From a virus (lineage: Duplodnaviria > Caudoviricetes), in the IMG/VR virus record IMGVR_UViG_3300009103_000056, positions 1 to 45,111 of that record: 45,111 nt of DNA; one strand, given 5' to 3'. The notes under the pieces were generated by a model. That model was not told the origin of the DNA. It ran no database searches and saw only the letters and a list, made by a program, of their open reading frames with translations. Below are positions 17,969-26,231 of this stretch, in pieces (position 1 is the stretch's first letter; each line of letters opens with the position of its first letter). Position numbers and translations under genes: made by a program.

Positions 17969-19773
17969 TATGCGTTGAGACCAGAGAACATCCCCACCAC
18001 GTCGGTGAGAGCGTTCTGGTCGGAGGTGTTAGATTGAGACAGGTCCTTCGCTGTGGCAGCCTGCGCCTGCGCTTGCGCGGTCTGAGCGGCTGCGGCTTCG
18101 GCGCGAGCCCGCGCATCGCGGATCATCGCAACCTTGTCGCTCGCAACGATCAGCTTCGGGTCAACACCAAGCATGTCGGCGTAGGCGTCAACCAATTCGT
18201 CAGCGTCGAGCTTGTCGAGGACCTCGGGCTTCATCTGGGCGACGCCTCCGAGCGTGCCCAGGAAGCGGTCGACGCTGTTTGAGCCGATCGCGCGCTGCGC
18301 CTGCGCGAGCATCGAGACGAACTCCACGTTGAGGTCCACCCCGCTCAGCTCGGGTGGCGCAGGTGGAAGCGTGCCGGCCTGAACGAGGTGAACGAAAGCC
18401 AAATCAATGAGCGGTTCGAGCAGCTCGTTGTGCAGCCGCTCCAACACCGGGCCGAGCATCAGCAGCTTCTCCTCGTGACGCTCGGCGACCTCGGTCGCCG
18501 TCATGCGTTGGTCTGGGCCTGCGTTTGCGAGCATCAAGAACATGTCCGAGAAGAAGGTCTCGTGGATACGTCGCCGGTCGTCTTGAATGTTGCCGAGCAG
18601 GTAGTTCAAGTTGAGGTTGTTCGCTTCAAACAGCGGCTTGATACCTCCGTTCGGGGCTGCGGTGTTCATGAACGTGCGCCCGCCCGGCAGCATGTCGATG
18701 TCTCGATCCTTCAGCTCCCCAGTGATCGCGACCGGCGGTTTGGTCTGGTAGTCGATGCCTTGCGCAAGGCGAAGCGCTTTGTGCTGCAAGCCCTTGATAT
18801 CCCCGAGAGCGTCCATCGCGGGCGAGCTGCCATAGATGTCTCCGCCCGGTGCGGACCACCGCGGCACGACAGCAGGGAAGTCGCGGAATCCTGACACGCG
18901 CAGCAGGTCGTCGTGCTCGTTCGCCTTCTCCTCAAAGTAGCATGACCGAAACGCCATGTTGAGGTCGTCAACTTTGGTCTGGTCGCGGTCGTAGTTCGGC
19001 TCGATCGCATGCACGATCGAGATGCGCGTGTCGAGGTTGTTGTTGTCGTATTTGTTCCTCGTCGATGGCGACAGCTTGTCGACACCGAACTCGCGCACCA
19101 TCTCCGACACCGTTAGTTCGTATTGTCGGAACAGCGTCACAATCTTGCCGGTCGGGTCCGTTGCGAGGCAAAACTGCCCTGCGGTCAGCGGGTGGTGGTG
19201 GATCAACTTGTCGGGGTGCGGCGTAATGATGCTGCACGCGGTGCCGAAGGCCCCCAGCTCCAGATAGACCTGTGCCAGCGCGCGGTATGTGTTGCTGCGC
19301 TGAAAGCGTTGCATCATCAGGTCGCGCACCTCATCAAGCCAGATCTTGATGTGGTGCTTGCTCGCCAGTCCTGGGTCTGGCGTCGTCAACCGAAACCACG
19401 GCCGCGCGGGGCTGGTTGCACCAGCCATCATACCCGAGGCCAGGGTTTGCAGCGCTCTCGTGGCTGTGGAGTCGTAGATGTTGTTGTGTTTGCGCCGACC
19501 GCGGTCTTGCTCTTCGGTCAGGAAACGTCCGCTGCGCGGCAGCAGGTAGGTCGAGATCTCCTGCCAATGCGACCACCATGAGGTGCGCTCGTTTTGCAGC
19601 GCGGCCCAACGCTTGAGCAACGCCCCGCGCTTCCCGGTCAGATAACCGGGTTTCTCAGCCTTGCCCTTTTTCTCAGGGACCCTGAACTCGCCGTCACTTC
19701 CAACGGTGACGCCCGCGCGGGCGCCGAGCGTTGTTGCACCAAGACCCGCCAAAAAATCGCGCCGACCTGCCAT
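17968..19773 (-). CDS. Portal protein (head-to-tail connector, T7 gp8/Bbp21-like)
   Basis: IYDSTATRAL..LASGMM..TSPARPWF, GAFGT, YGSSPAM, MTATEVAERHEEKLLMLGPVLERL. Confidence 0.95.
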   Translation of the reverse strand: MAGRRDFLAGLGATTLGARAGVTVGSDGEFRVPEKKGKAEKPGYLTGKRGALLKRWAALQNERTSWWSHWQEISTYLLPRSGRFLTEEQDRGRRKHNNIYDSTATRALQTLASGMMAGATSPARPWFRLTTPDPGLASKHHIKIWLDEVRDLMMQRFQRSNTYRALAQVYLELGAFGTACSIITPHPDKLIHHHPLTAGQFCLATDPTGKIVTLFRQYELTVSEMVREFGVDKLSPSTRNKYDNNNLDTRISIVHAIEPNYDRDQTKVDDLNMAFRSCYFEEKANEHDDLLRVSGFRDFPAVVPRWSAPGGDIYGSSPAMDALGDIKGLQHKALRLAQGIDYQTKPPVAITGELKDRDIDMLPGGRTFMNTAAPNGGIKPLFEANNLNLNYLLGNIQDDRRRIHETFFSDMFLMLANAGPDQRMTATEVAERHEEKLLMLGPVLERLHNELLEPLIDLAFVHLVQAGTLPPAPPELSGVDLNVEFVSMLAQAQRAIGSNSVDRFLGTLGGVAQMKPEVLDKLDADELVDAYADMLGVDPKLIVASDKVAMIRDARARAEAAAAQTAQAQAQAATAKDLSQSNTSDQNALTDVVGMFSGLNA

Positions 19774-19776
19774 GGG

Positions 19777-20166
19777 CTAAACTCCTAGCGACGTGCTGCC
19801 GCCGAGCATCGTTGAGCGCGCACCTTGCACCGCGGTCTGCCTCGCAGCCGACAAGATCGCACCGACGTCTGGTGTGCTGCGCTTCGCGCGACGTCGGCGT
19901 TGCGCGGCATCAATTACCTTCGAGCGCGCCGCCGCAGCGGCTTCGCGTTGTTGCAGCTCTTGGGCCTTCCGCTGCTTTGCTTGCAGGTCCTTCTTTTTCT
20001 CCTGCGGGTCAATGACCAGTGCGTCGACAGCTCTCGTGGCGGGGTCCAACGAGTGTGTGTCCCTCAAAAAATCGCGGAAGCTGCTGCTCCGCGCCGGGGC
20101 CATGAAGGTCCGCTCTATGCTCTCACCGAGATCCTCGAAAAAATTACCTCCGCCGAACCCCATCAC
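19777..20166 (-). CDS. Small pre-portal virion protein (T7 gp7.3-like position), copy 2
   Basis: Basic, Ala-rich; C-terminal PDVGAIL...STMLGG...LG. Confidence 0.6.
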   Translation of the reverse strand: MMGFGGGNFFEDLGESIERTFMAPARSSSFRDFLRDTHSLDPATRAVDALVIDPQEKKKDLQAKQRKAQELQQREAAAAARSKVIDAAQRRRRAKRSTPDVGAILSAARQTAVQGARSTMLGGSTSLGV

Positions 20167-20462
20167 GAACCTCCTCCGAGAGTGTAGCCGCTTTGACCAG
20201 ACAAGAAGGTCGAGCCGACACCACGCTTCGCGTCTTGTTGCGACATGGCGAGCAACGCGAGCGTGTCAGGTTTCTTGCGCTGGCCGCGACGTGACGCTGC
20301 GCGGGCACGGTTACGTTCGGCGAGCGCTTGCGCCTTGGCTTTGCGTTGACCCGTCTCCTGCATCCGCAAGCTCTGCTCCTGCGTTTTGACTGCCTCGCCC
20401 TGCTCGTAGACCTGCATACCGAGGCCCGCGGCAGCGACAATGGCAGATGGAATAAACCCCAC
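20163..20462 (-). CDS. Small pre-portal virion protein, copy 1
   Basis: N-terminal hydrophobic SAIVAAAGLG; C-terminal PDTLALL...STFLSG...LGG. Confidence 0.65.
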   Translation of the reverse strand: MGFIPSAIVAAAGLGMQVYEQGEAVKTQEQSLRMQETGQRKAKAQALAERNRARAASRRGQRKKPDTLALLAMSQQDAKRGVGSTFLSGQSGYTLGGGS

Positions 20463-20463
20463 G

Positions 20464-20928
20464 TCAGAGCTTCCTCGAAAAAATGACGTCTTGCACGATG
20501 TAGTTCGGGCTGCGGTCGAGCATGCGTTCGAGCGTGGTCGCAGGTTTAGCGTGCCACGTCATGATCTTGCACCCTTCCTCCCGTGCGACTGCCTCGGTCT
20601 CGCGGATGAGCCTCACACCGATGCTGGTGTTGCGGTGCTCGGGCGCAACGAACAGTGCGTCATTCGCACAGTAGCACAGGTCGGCGTAGTGCAAATGGTT
20701 CGTGATCAGGTTGACGCTGTATCCCACCAGCATGCTGTCGACGAACCCTCCGAGAGCGAGCAGCGCGCCCTGCTTCTCCATCGCGCGATATCGCAGCTCG
20801 TGGAGCTTCAGCAGCATCACGTCCTTGTTGAGCGCGATCTCCTGCCAGTGTTCCACGAACAGATGCTTTCCCTGGTCGAGCATCTCGTCCATGGAGCAGC
20901 GCCGGATCTCGGTTGTAGCTACGGGCAT
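20464..20928 (-). CDS. GNAT-family acetyltransferase
   Basis: LFVAPEHRNTSIGVRLIRETEAVAREEG acetyl-CoA-binding motif A. Confidence 0.85.
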   Translation of the reverse strand: MPVATTEIRRCSMDEMLDQGKHLFVEHWQEIALNKDVMLLKLHELRYRAMEKQGALLALGGFVDSMLVGYSVNLITNHLHYADLCYCANDALFVAPEHRNTSIGVRLIRETEAVAREEGCKIMTWHAKPATTLERMLDRSPNYIVQDVIFSRKL

Positions 20929-20936
20929 ACTCGCGG

Positions 20937-20971
20937 AGCCTAAGACGGCCGCGCGGGCTTACGGGCACTAC
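20937..20971 (-). promoter_or_regulatory. Putative late promoter B: GTAGTGCCCGTAAG-N15-TAGGCT-N8-ATG
   Basis: Same 14-bp box and spacing as 11353-11387; heads the GNAT-portal operon. Confidence 0.7.
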
Positions 20972-21306
20972 GACCGCAATCGCAGCGACGCCTCGGCCAC
21001 CTCGACCACCGGCCGGACCTTGCAAGCCTCCTCCTCGGTGAGGACCGCGATCACCGACTCTGCGGCGATGATGCGGTGCTGCACGCTCGACCCAGGGGTC
21101 GACGGGATCGGCACGGTGTTCTCCTCGAAGAAGGCGACCACCGCGTCTTCTTCGATCGGCGCGATCGTCGAGGAGACCTTGCTGCCAGCGCTGACCACAC
21201 GTCCGTAGCGCGCCCTGTCCTCGCCAGCTTGTGGCAACACGATGCCGGCGTTCGTCTCCTTGACGGTCATAGGTTCGAGAAGCAGGAAGGTTCCGTAAGC
21301 TTTCAT
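20968..21306 (-). CDS. groES: Co-chaperonin GroES (Cpn10)-like protein
   Basis: ETNAGIVLPQ mobile loop and GRVVSAG, C-terminal IIAAESVIAV; 112 aa. Confidence 0.75.
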   Translation of the reverse strand: MKAYGTFLLLEPMTVKETNAGIVLPQAGEDRARYGRVVSAGSKVSSTIAPIEEDAVVAFFEENTVPIPSTPGSSVQHRIIAAESVIAVLTEEEACKVRPVVEVAEASLRLRS

Positions 21307-22889
21307 GGTAGTCGTCCCAGGTTCTTGTAGGGGTCATAGTCTCGCGGCGCCGAGCGTTTCGGGCGGCCCAAGGTGTCGAGCAAGCTGTCGCGTCTCGGGG
21401 TGCGAATGTTCGCCAGGAGGATCGCGCTGGCGTGGTCGGGCGAACGCCCGATCAGCTTGACGATCTCGTCCCGGCTCATCACGTAGATGGTCTTGCCGCG
21501 CATTGACCACTTCGCGCAGCAGAGGTCCTTGAGCAGCTGACCGTTCGGTGGCAGCGCTATGGCTGAGTTGTTCGCCGGATCGAGCGCTTCGCGCATACCC
21601 CACCACAGCTGTGAGCGCAGATTCGCGAAGCCCAGCGTGCCAGACTGGTCGGTAGCGGTCGCAGCCTCGGCGACGTTGACGCCGATCACCTGTAGCTGCA
21701 TCTCGGACAGGAAATCGAACGGCGACGACCCGACGCCTATCACGTCGATGTGGATGGGCGCACGGTTCCTGTTCGCGGCGAACACCAGACCTGCGACCAC
21801 GGGGCCGTTTGGTGTCTCCGCGCCGTCATATTCTAGCGGCTCGTCGAACCACTCGCCGTGACGGTTGTAGATCAGCGTCTGGTCATCACCACCGCGCGCG
21901 ACGTCAACGCCCTGCCCTTCCATGGGGGGCTTCGGCGCGAGCGGCTTCCACCGCTTCATTGCAGCGCGCACCCACGCAGTCGGGATGACCTGCCAGATGT
22001 CGTCTTTCATCCCGGCGCGGAAATCGCCGTAGAGCATCTGAGATCGCAGCGGCTCTGGGAGCGCTTGCAGTGTGGCTTCGTAGTTCGTGCCCATGAGGTA
22101 GGGGTTATCGCTGATTCTCGACGGGATGAACGTCCGACTCTGCGGGATCACCCGCTCACCCCGGTGCATGAACGGGGTCGGCCCCTCCACCATACGCTCC
22201 TCGCGCTCGACGGTGGCGAACCACCGCAGTTCGCCGGGTGGCACCGGGTAGTCGGGGTGCTCCTCGTCGAGCCACGGGCCGAAGTATTCGACGATCCACC
22301 GTCCTTCGACGGTCGTCGGCGGGTTGAAAGACATCCCGATACGCACACGCTGCTTCGGGTCGACGGTGCGCGCCCACCCGCTGATGAAGCGGAACGCGGC
22401 TTCGCGCATCTCGGCCGCCTCATCGAACCACAGCAGGTCGTGTGGCCTGCCCCGATACTTCTTCTCGTCGCCAGCGTTTGGGAAAGACCCCAGCTCGACC
22501 TGCACGCGCACCCCGTCGTGACGCTTGAAACGCCAGATCCCTTTCTGCCCGTTGTAGCCCTCGCGACCACCTAGCAGCTCTTCGAGGCGATCCTCGACCG
22601 CGGTCAGCTCGGTGCCGACCTGTCGGAAGATGCCGACGCGCTGGTGCTGCGTCGTCGCGAGCCCGCAGCACAGGTCGGTCTTGCCGCCACCGGCTGCACC
22701 GCCGTAACCGACGACGTCGGCCTCACTGAGATAGGCATCGGTCTGCGGACCGTTGAGCGGTCGCCACGGCAGCGGGTCAGAGGCGAGCAGCCGATCGAAC
22801 TCGGCGCGCTCCTCTGGCGTCATCGCTGCTAGGACTTCGGCTTTGAACTCCACCAGCCTGTCGGGTTCTTGTGGTCGCGCATGTTCCAC
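21303..22889 (-). CDS. terL: Terminase large subunit
   Basis: Walker A YGGAAGGGKT, Walker B WFDEA, SFNPP, nuclease GVDVARGGDD and RSPDHA. Exact start uncertain. Confidence 0.95.
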   Translation of the reverse strand: MEHARPQEPDRLVEFKAEVLAAMTPEERAEFDRLLASDPLPWRPLNGPQTDAYLSEADVVGYGGAAGGGKTDLCCGLATTQHQRVGIFRQVGTELTAVEDRLEELLGGREGYNGQKGIWRFKRHDGVRVQVELGSFPNAGDEKKYRGRPHDLLWFDEAAEMREAAFRFISGWARTVDPKQRVRIGMSFNPPTTVEGRWIVEYFGPWLDEEHPDYPVPPGELRWFATVEREERMVEGPTPFMHRGERVIPQSRTFIPSRISDNPYLMGTNYEATLQALPEPLRSQMLYGDFRAGMKDDIWQVIPTAWVRAAMKRWKPLAPKPPMEGQGVDVARGGDDQTLIYNRHGEWFDEPLEYDGAETPNGPVVAGLVFAANRNRAPIHIDVIGVGSSPFDFLSEMQLQVIGVNVAEAATATDQSGTLGFANLRSQLWWGMREALDPANNSAIALPPNGQLLKDLCCAKWSMRGKTIYVMSRDEIVKLIGRSPDHASAILLANIRTPRRDSLLDTLGRPKRSAPRDYDPYKNLGRLP

Positions 22890-23212
22890 CCGCCAGGATA
22901 CTCCGGGTGGCCCTCGGCGTCCGAGTAGTGCTCACGCACCTCGTGCTCTTGCGCTGCTCGCTCTGGTGCGTTCTGGCCATCGATGATCACGCACGGCACC
23001 TCGGCGATGCCCAGCTCCTGCGCCACGCGCAGCCGCTGGTTGCCGATGAGGACCTTGCGCCTGTTGGCGTGCAGCACCAGCGGGTTGACGATGCCGTGCT
23101 CGCGCACCGACTCCAGGAGGTCGGGGTTGAGTGCCTGCGGGTTGTCGTTGCCGTTGAGATACTCAAGCTCCGCCGTCGGGAGCATCACGACCTTGGTCAG
23201 GTAGCGCGTCAC
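22829..23212 (-). CDS. ParB/Srx N-terminal domain protein
   Basis: LLESVREHGIVNPLVL...VLIGNQRLRVAQELGIAEVPCVI. Confidence 0.85.
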   Translation of the reverse strand: MTRYLTKVVMLPTAELEYLNGNDNPQALNPDLLESVREHGIVNPLVLHANRRKVLIGNQRLRVAQELGIAEVPCVIIDGQNAPERAAQEHEVREHYSDAEGHPEYPGGWNMRDHKNPTGWWSSKPKS

Positions 23213-23327
23213 CTCTCACCTCCAACGTCCAGTGCGACAACTGCCACTCGCCGCAGCCGTCGGGGCGCACCGTGCGCGGCCGGCCAGGATCAGAAACACG
23301 ATCGACCGCATTGCGTTACCCATATCG

Positions 23328-23699
23328 TCAGCTCAGCAGCTGGTCAATCTCCCAGCTCCGAAGCACCCGGCGCACCTCGTCCCGGTCAGCAGCCCGCAGC
23401 AGGGCCAGGAAGACGCCCAGGTCGACCACAGCGAGCCACGGGCTCCGGTTCCGCCTCATGGCAACCACCGGCTCTTCGCTCAGCTCAGCGTCACGCTGGG
23501 CCTGCTCGTAGGCTGCCCACACGTTCAGCTTCTCGACCCGCTTGACCTCGAAGTGGACCCCAGCCGGCCCGTCGACCACGTCCGCCTGTTCGAGGCCGCT
23601 GCGCTGCTGCCCGCGCTTCGCCGCACGCCACCCGCGCTCGCGCAGGAACCCAGCCAACTCGCGCTCGCCGCACGCGCCCTTGTTTCGTCCGTTCACCAT
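23328..23699 (-). CDS. Hjc-like PD-(D/E)XK Holliday junction resolvase, copy B
   Basis: KGACGEREL, ADVV, HFEVKR, PVVAMRRNRSPW. Confidence 0.85.
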   Translation of the reverse strand: MVNGRNKGACGERELAGFLRERGWRAAKRGQQRSGLEQADVVDGPAGVHFEVKRVEKLNVWAAYEQAQRDAELSEEPVVAMRRNRSPWLAVVDLGVFLALLRAADRDEVRRVLRSWEIDQLLS

Positions 23700-24045
23700 G
23701 GTTCTTGTTTGCCCGGCAGCAGTAGTTCCCCCCGCCCTCTGCCAGGAGCCGCAGGAGCGCTCTCAGATCGACGATCGCCAGCCAGGGCCCCTGAGACCGC
23801 CGGAACGCGACCACGGGCTCCTCACCGGCTCCTGCATCCTCTGTCGCCTGCTCGTAGGCAGCCCACGGGCGCAGCCGCTCGACCCGCTTCACCTCGAAAT
23901 GTATCCCGTCAGGGCCCCCGATCACATCCGCCTGATCGAGCCCAGACCTCTGCTGGCCGCGCCGCGCTTCTGGCCAGCCAGCCTCCCGCAGGACACCGGC
24001 CAGCTCGCGCTCGCCTCGCGCCCCTTTATCCCTGGACCTCACCAT
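23491..24045 (-). CDS. Hjc-like resolvase, copy A (reads past a G6 tract into an out-of-frame overlap with copy B)
   Basis: ATG at 24045: MVRSRDKGARGEREL...HFEVKR...PVVAFRRSQGPW. Homology to copy B ends near 23740. Confidence 0.75.
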   Translation of the reverse strand: MVRSRDKGARGERELAGVLREAGWPEARRGQQRSGLDQADVIGGPDGIHFEVKRVERLRPWAAYEQATEDAGAGEEPVVAFRRSQGPWLAIVDLRALLRLLAEGGGNYCCRANKNHGERTKQGRVRRARVGWVPARARVACGEARAAAQRPRTGGRGRRAGWGPLRGQAGREAERVGSLRAGPA

Positions 24046-24201
24046 CTCGATGTGGCGCAGATCTCGATGTGGCGCCCTCCCCGTGTGAGGTCCCCTGGGA
24101 GAGTGGCGTGGCGCACCCCTAAAGGGGTCGCGCCACACTCACTCCACGAGCGTGGCCGCCACATCAGCGCCACACTCCGCCACACTCCGCCACATCGAGA
24201 T
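24044..24201. repeat. Palindromic array of CGCCACA/TGTGGCG boxes (candidate origin, packaging site or operator)
   Basis: atctcgatgtggcgc at 24044 and 24061, inverse cgccacatcgagat at 24188; CGCCACA at 24131, 24157, 24168, 24178 and 24188; central acccctaaaggggt palindrome. Confidence 0.8.
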
Positions 24202-24225
24202 AATCGCATGTTTTTTCGCCGGTTT

Positions 24226-24268
24226 TAGGTTACAGCAGTTGACACCTTCCTGCCGATGTGCATGATCC
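24226..24268 (+). promoter_or_regulatory. Early promoter 1 (TTGACA-N16-CATGAT)
   Basis: 36 of 43 nt identical to 25801-25843; heads the early arm. Confidence 0.75.
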
Positions 24269-24310
24269 AGGGCTCGCAAGAACCCCCACCATACACACAA
24301 GGACAGACCG

Positions 24311-24694
24311 ATGACGACCACCAAGTTCTCCCCCGCCCAGCAGCGCCTGCTCGACGACATCCGCAGAGATGGCTACTCCGAGACCCCGGCGTCCTGGGGC
24401 AACCGCCGCGCCGCCGCCGTCATCTCCGCTTGGTATCGCACCGCAGCGGTGCTGGAGCGTAAGGGCGTCATCAGCCTGGAGCGCATCGGCGACCACCAGA
24501 TCGCGCGTTTCCGTTTCGAGCAGGTCTCCGTGCTGCGCGCTGGCGACGGTGCTGGCGACTTCTGCGTCACGCTGCACACTCGCCGTGCCACCAGGAGTGC
24601 GGGTGACCGGACCTGCGCCACCGGCCTGACCCGCAACGGTGCCGACGAACTCGCCAACCGCTACGCCCAACGCTGCCGCTACGGCAGGAACTAA
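24311..24694 (+). CDS. Hypothetical early protein
   Basis: ACAAGGA RBS; first gene after the promoter. Confidence 0.7.
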   Translation: MTTTKFSPAQQRLLDDIRRDGYSETPASWGNRRAAAVISAWYRTAAVLERKGVISLERIGDHQIARFRFEQVSVLRAGDGAGDFCVTLHTRRATRSAGDRTCATGLTRNGADELANRYAQRCRYGRN

Positions 24695-24739
24695 CCAACC
24701 CAACCAATCCAAACCACGAACCCAACAAGGAGAGCCAAC

Positions 24740-25177
24740 GTGAAAATCAACTACAAGAGGCTGGAGCCGAGCGCGCCGGAACGCAGCAAGTTCAGCGGTC
24801 GCGGACCGTGGAGCAAGCCCGGCCCCGGATGCGAGTCCGATGGACCGGAGCCCGCGTATCTGGTCGAGGTCGCCATACACTACGGCGACGGCGACTTCGA
24901 GCGCGTACCGATCGCGCTGATCGAGCGCGAGACGATGGCCGGCATAGGCAACTACAATATGTGGGGGTCGCGCTACCGCTGGGCGATTCGCTCGATGATC
25001 AATATGAGTAGCCGCAAGGGTAGGCTCCCGCTCCGCTCGGACGGTGTGTTCATCGACTACGTGGACACCCTGAGAGATGCGCGCGAGACCATCGACGACC
25101 TCGCGCTGCGAGCGATTGCAGATCACTTCTGCGCGCACACCGCGCCGTCGGCGGACACAACGACAACGGCTGAGTGA
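24740..25177 (+). CDS. Hypothetical early protein
   Basis: ACAAGGAG RBS followed by GTG. Confidence 0.7.
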   Translation: MKINYKRLEPSAPERSKFSGRGPWSKPGPGCESDGPEPAYLVEVAIHYGDGDFERVPIALIERETMAGIGNYNMWGSRYRWAIRSMINMSSRKGRLPLRSDGVFIDYVDTLRDARETIDDLALRAIADHFCAHTAPSADTTTTAE

Positions 25178-25203
25178 TCAGCCCCAACAAGGAGGACAGA
25201 CAA

Positions 25204-25485
25204 ATGACAGACCGAAAGACCGCGAGCCCGCCCCCGAGGCGGCGGGTCTGGAAACCCGGCGAGAGAGCTAAGATCAAGGCCGGCGTCCGCCCCTACGGAG
25301 GCCGGTGGCTTTACGTGATCTCGCGTGACGACGCGGCCGGGACGATCAACCTACAGCGCCCAGGCCAACGCGCCGGGATCCTCTCGCCGATGATCTACCG
25401 GCTCGACGAACTCGACCGCTACGAGCCCGCCCCTGCCGACACCCCCCAAGATGCCGCTGCCGAACAAGGAGGGCAGACGAAATGA
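25204..25485 (+). CDS. Hypothetical early protein (possible SH3/KOW-like fold)
   Basis: AAGGAGG RBS followed by ATG at 25204; WKPGERAKIK. Confidence 0.65.
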   Translation: MTDRKTASPPPRRRVWKPGERAKIKAGVRPYGGRWLYVISRDDAAGTINLQRPGQRAGILSPMIYRLDELDRYEPAPADTPQDAAAEQGGQTK

Positions 25486-25817
25486 CAGACCGCATCATCC
25501 CGACCGAGCCGCCCCTGAGCGTCCTGCGGGACGCTCGCAGCAGGCTCCTCGACCGTGCGCGGCATTGGATCGAGCGCACGCCGTTCGGCCTGCGCATGGT
25601 CGACGCGCGGCGCTGCCGCCTCACGCGCGACATCGTCGTCCTCGCGCAACGAGACCGCCCCGAGGGTCAGCGCCCCTTCTGGACGTGCGTCTACATGGCC
25701 ACCGACTACGTGATTCGGACGCAGACAGAGGCTGACGCGCGGGCCGATTTCGATCGGCAGACTCTCCCTGCCGACGGTGACGAAACTTTTTTTCAGATTC
25801 TAGGCTACAGTAGTTGA
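25482..25817 (+). CDS. Hypothetical early protein
   Basis: AAGGAGG RBS; ATGA overlap. Confidence 0.65.
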   Translation: MTDRIIPTEPPLSVLRDARSRLLDRARHWIERTPFGLRMVDARRCRLTRDIVVLAQRDRPEGQRPFWTCVYMATDYVIRTQTEADARADFDRQTLPADGDETFFQILGYSS

Positions 25818-25843
25818 CAGCTGTTGGCCGATGTGCATGATCC
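25801..25843 (+). promoter_or_regulatory. Early promoter 2 (TTGACA-N16-CATGAT-N8-ATG)
   Basis: Near-copy of promoter 1, preceded by a T-rich tract. Confidence 0.75.
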
Positions 25844-25849
25844 TCAGTC

Positions 25850-26227
25850 ATGGCAAGCAACTTCAAACTCCCGACGGTCGCCGAACTGAAGCGCGCCGCG
25901 CGCGACTTCTACGGTGCCGTCTCTCACATCGACGTTGGCCTGCGCCAGCGCGCCGGTGACCCTGACGTGGACGTCGCCGACATCAACCAGTGGCAGCGCG
26001 ACGAGGACGGCAACAAGGTCGACCTCGGCGACATCTATACGATGCCGACGCTGCTGCCGGTGGCCGATGAGCTGCGGAGAGTCCGCAAGCTCAAGGTCTG
26101 GCCCGTCGCCGAGCAGTGGGACCTCTACTGCTACGACTGGACGAGCGGCGACGGCGATGTCGGCCTGCTCGGCAACGCCACGTTGACCTTCAACGCCGAC
26201 TACACCTGGACCCTGACCGAAGGCTAG
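25850..26227 (+). CDS. Hypothetical early protein (acidic)
   Basis: Directly after promoter 2; codon pattern typical of this genome's genes. Confidence 0.7.
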   Translation: MASNFKLPTVAELKRAARDFYGAVSHIDVGLRQRAGDPDVDVADINQWQRDEDGNKVDLGDIYTMPTLLPVADELRRVRKLKVWPVAEQWDLYCYDWTSGDGDVGLLGNATLTFNADYTWTLTEG

Positions 26228-26231
26228 ACCG

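Noticed and set aside
22829-23212. ParB as evidence of a plasmid-prophage partition system
   Set aside because: Only the N-terminal domain is present, with no HTH or ParA, and it lies in the packaging operon.
23216-23323. Possible 35-aa minus-strand ORF (MGNAMRSIVFLILAG...)
   Set aside because: It fits the gap but has no clear RBS or motif, so support is insufficient.
23328-24045. Resolvase duplication as a DGR template/variable repeat pair (BPP-1 has a DGR)
   Set aside because: The differences are not adenine-specific, and no reverse transcriptase or Avd gene is evident.
24044-24201. Repeat array as a mini-CRISPR
   Set aside because: Units are 7-15 bp, partly inverted, and have no unique spacers of regular length.
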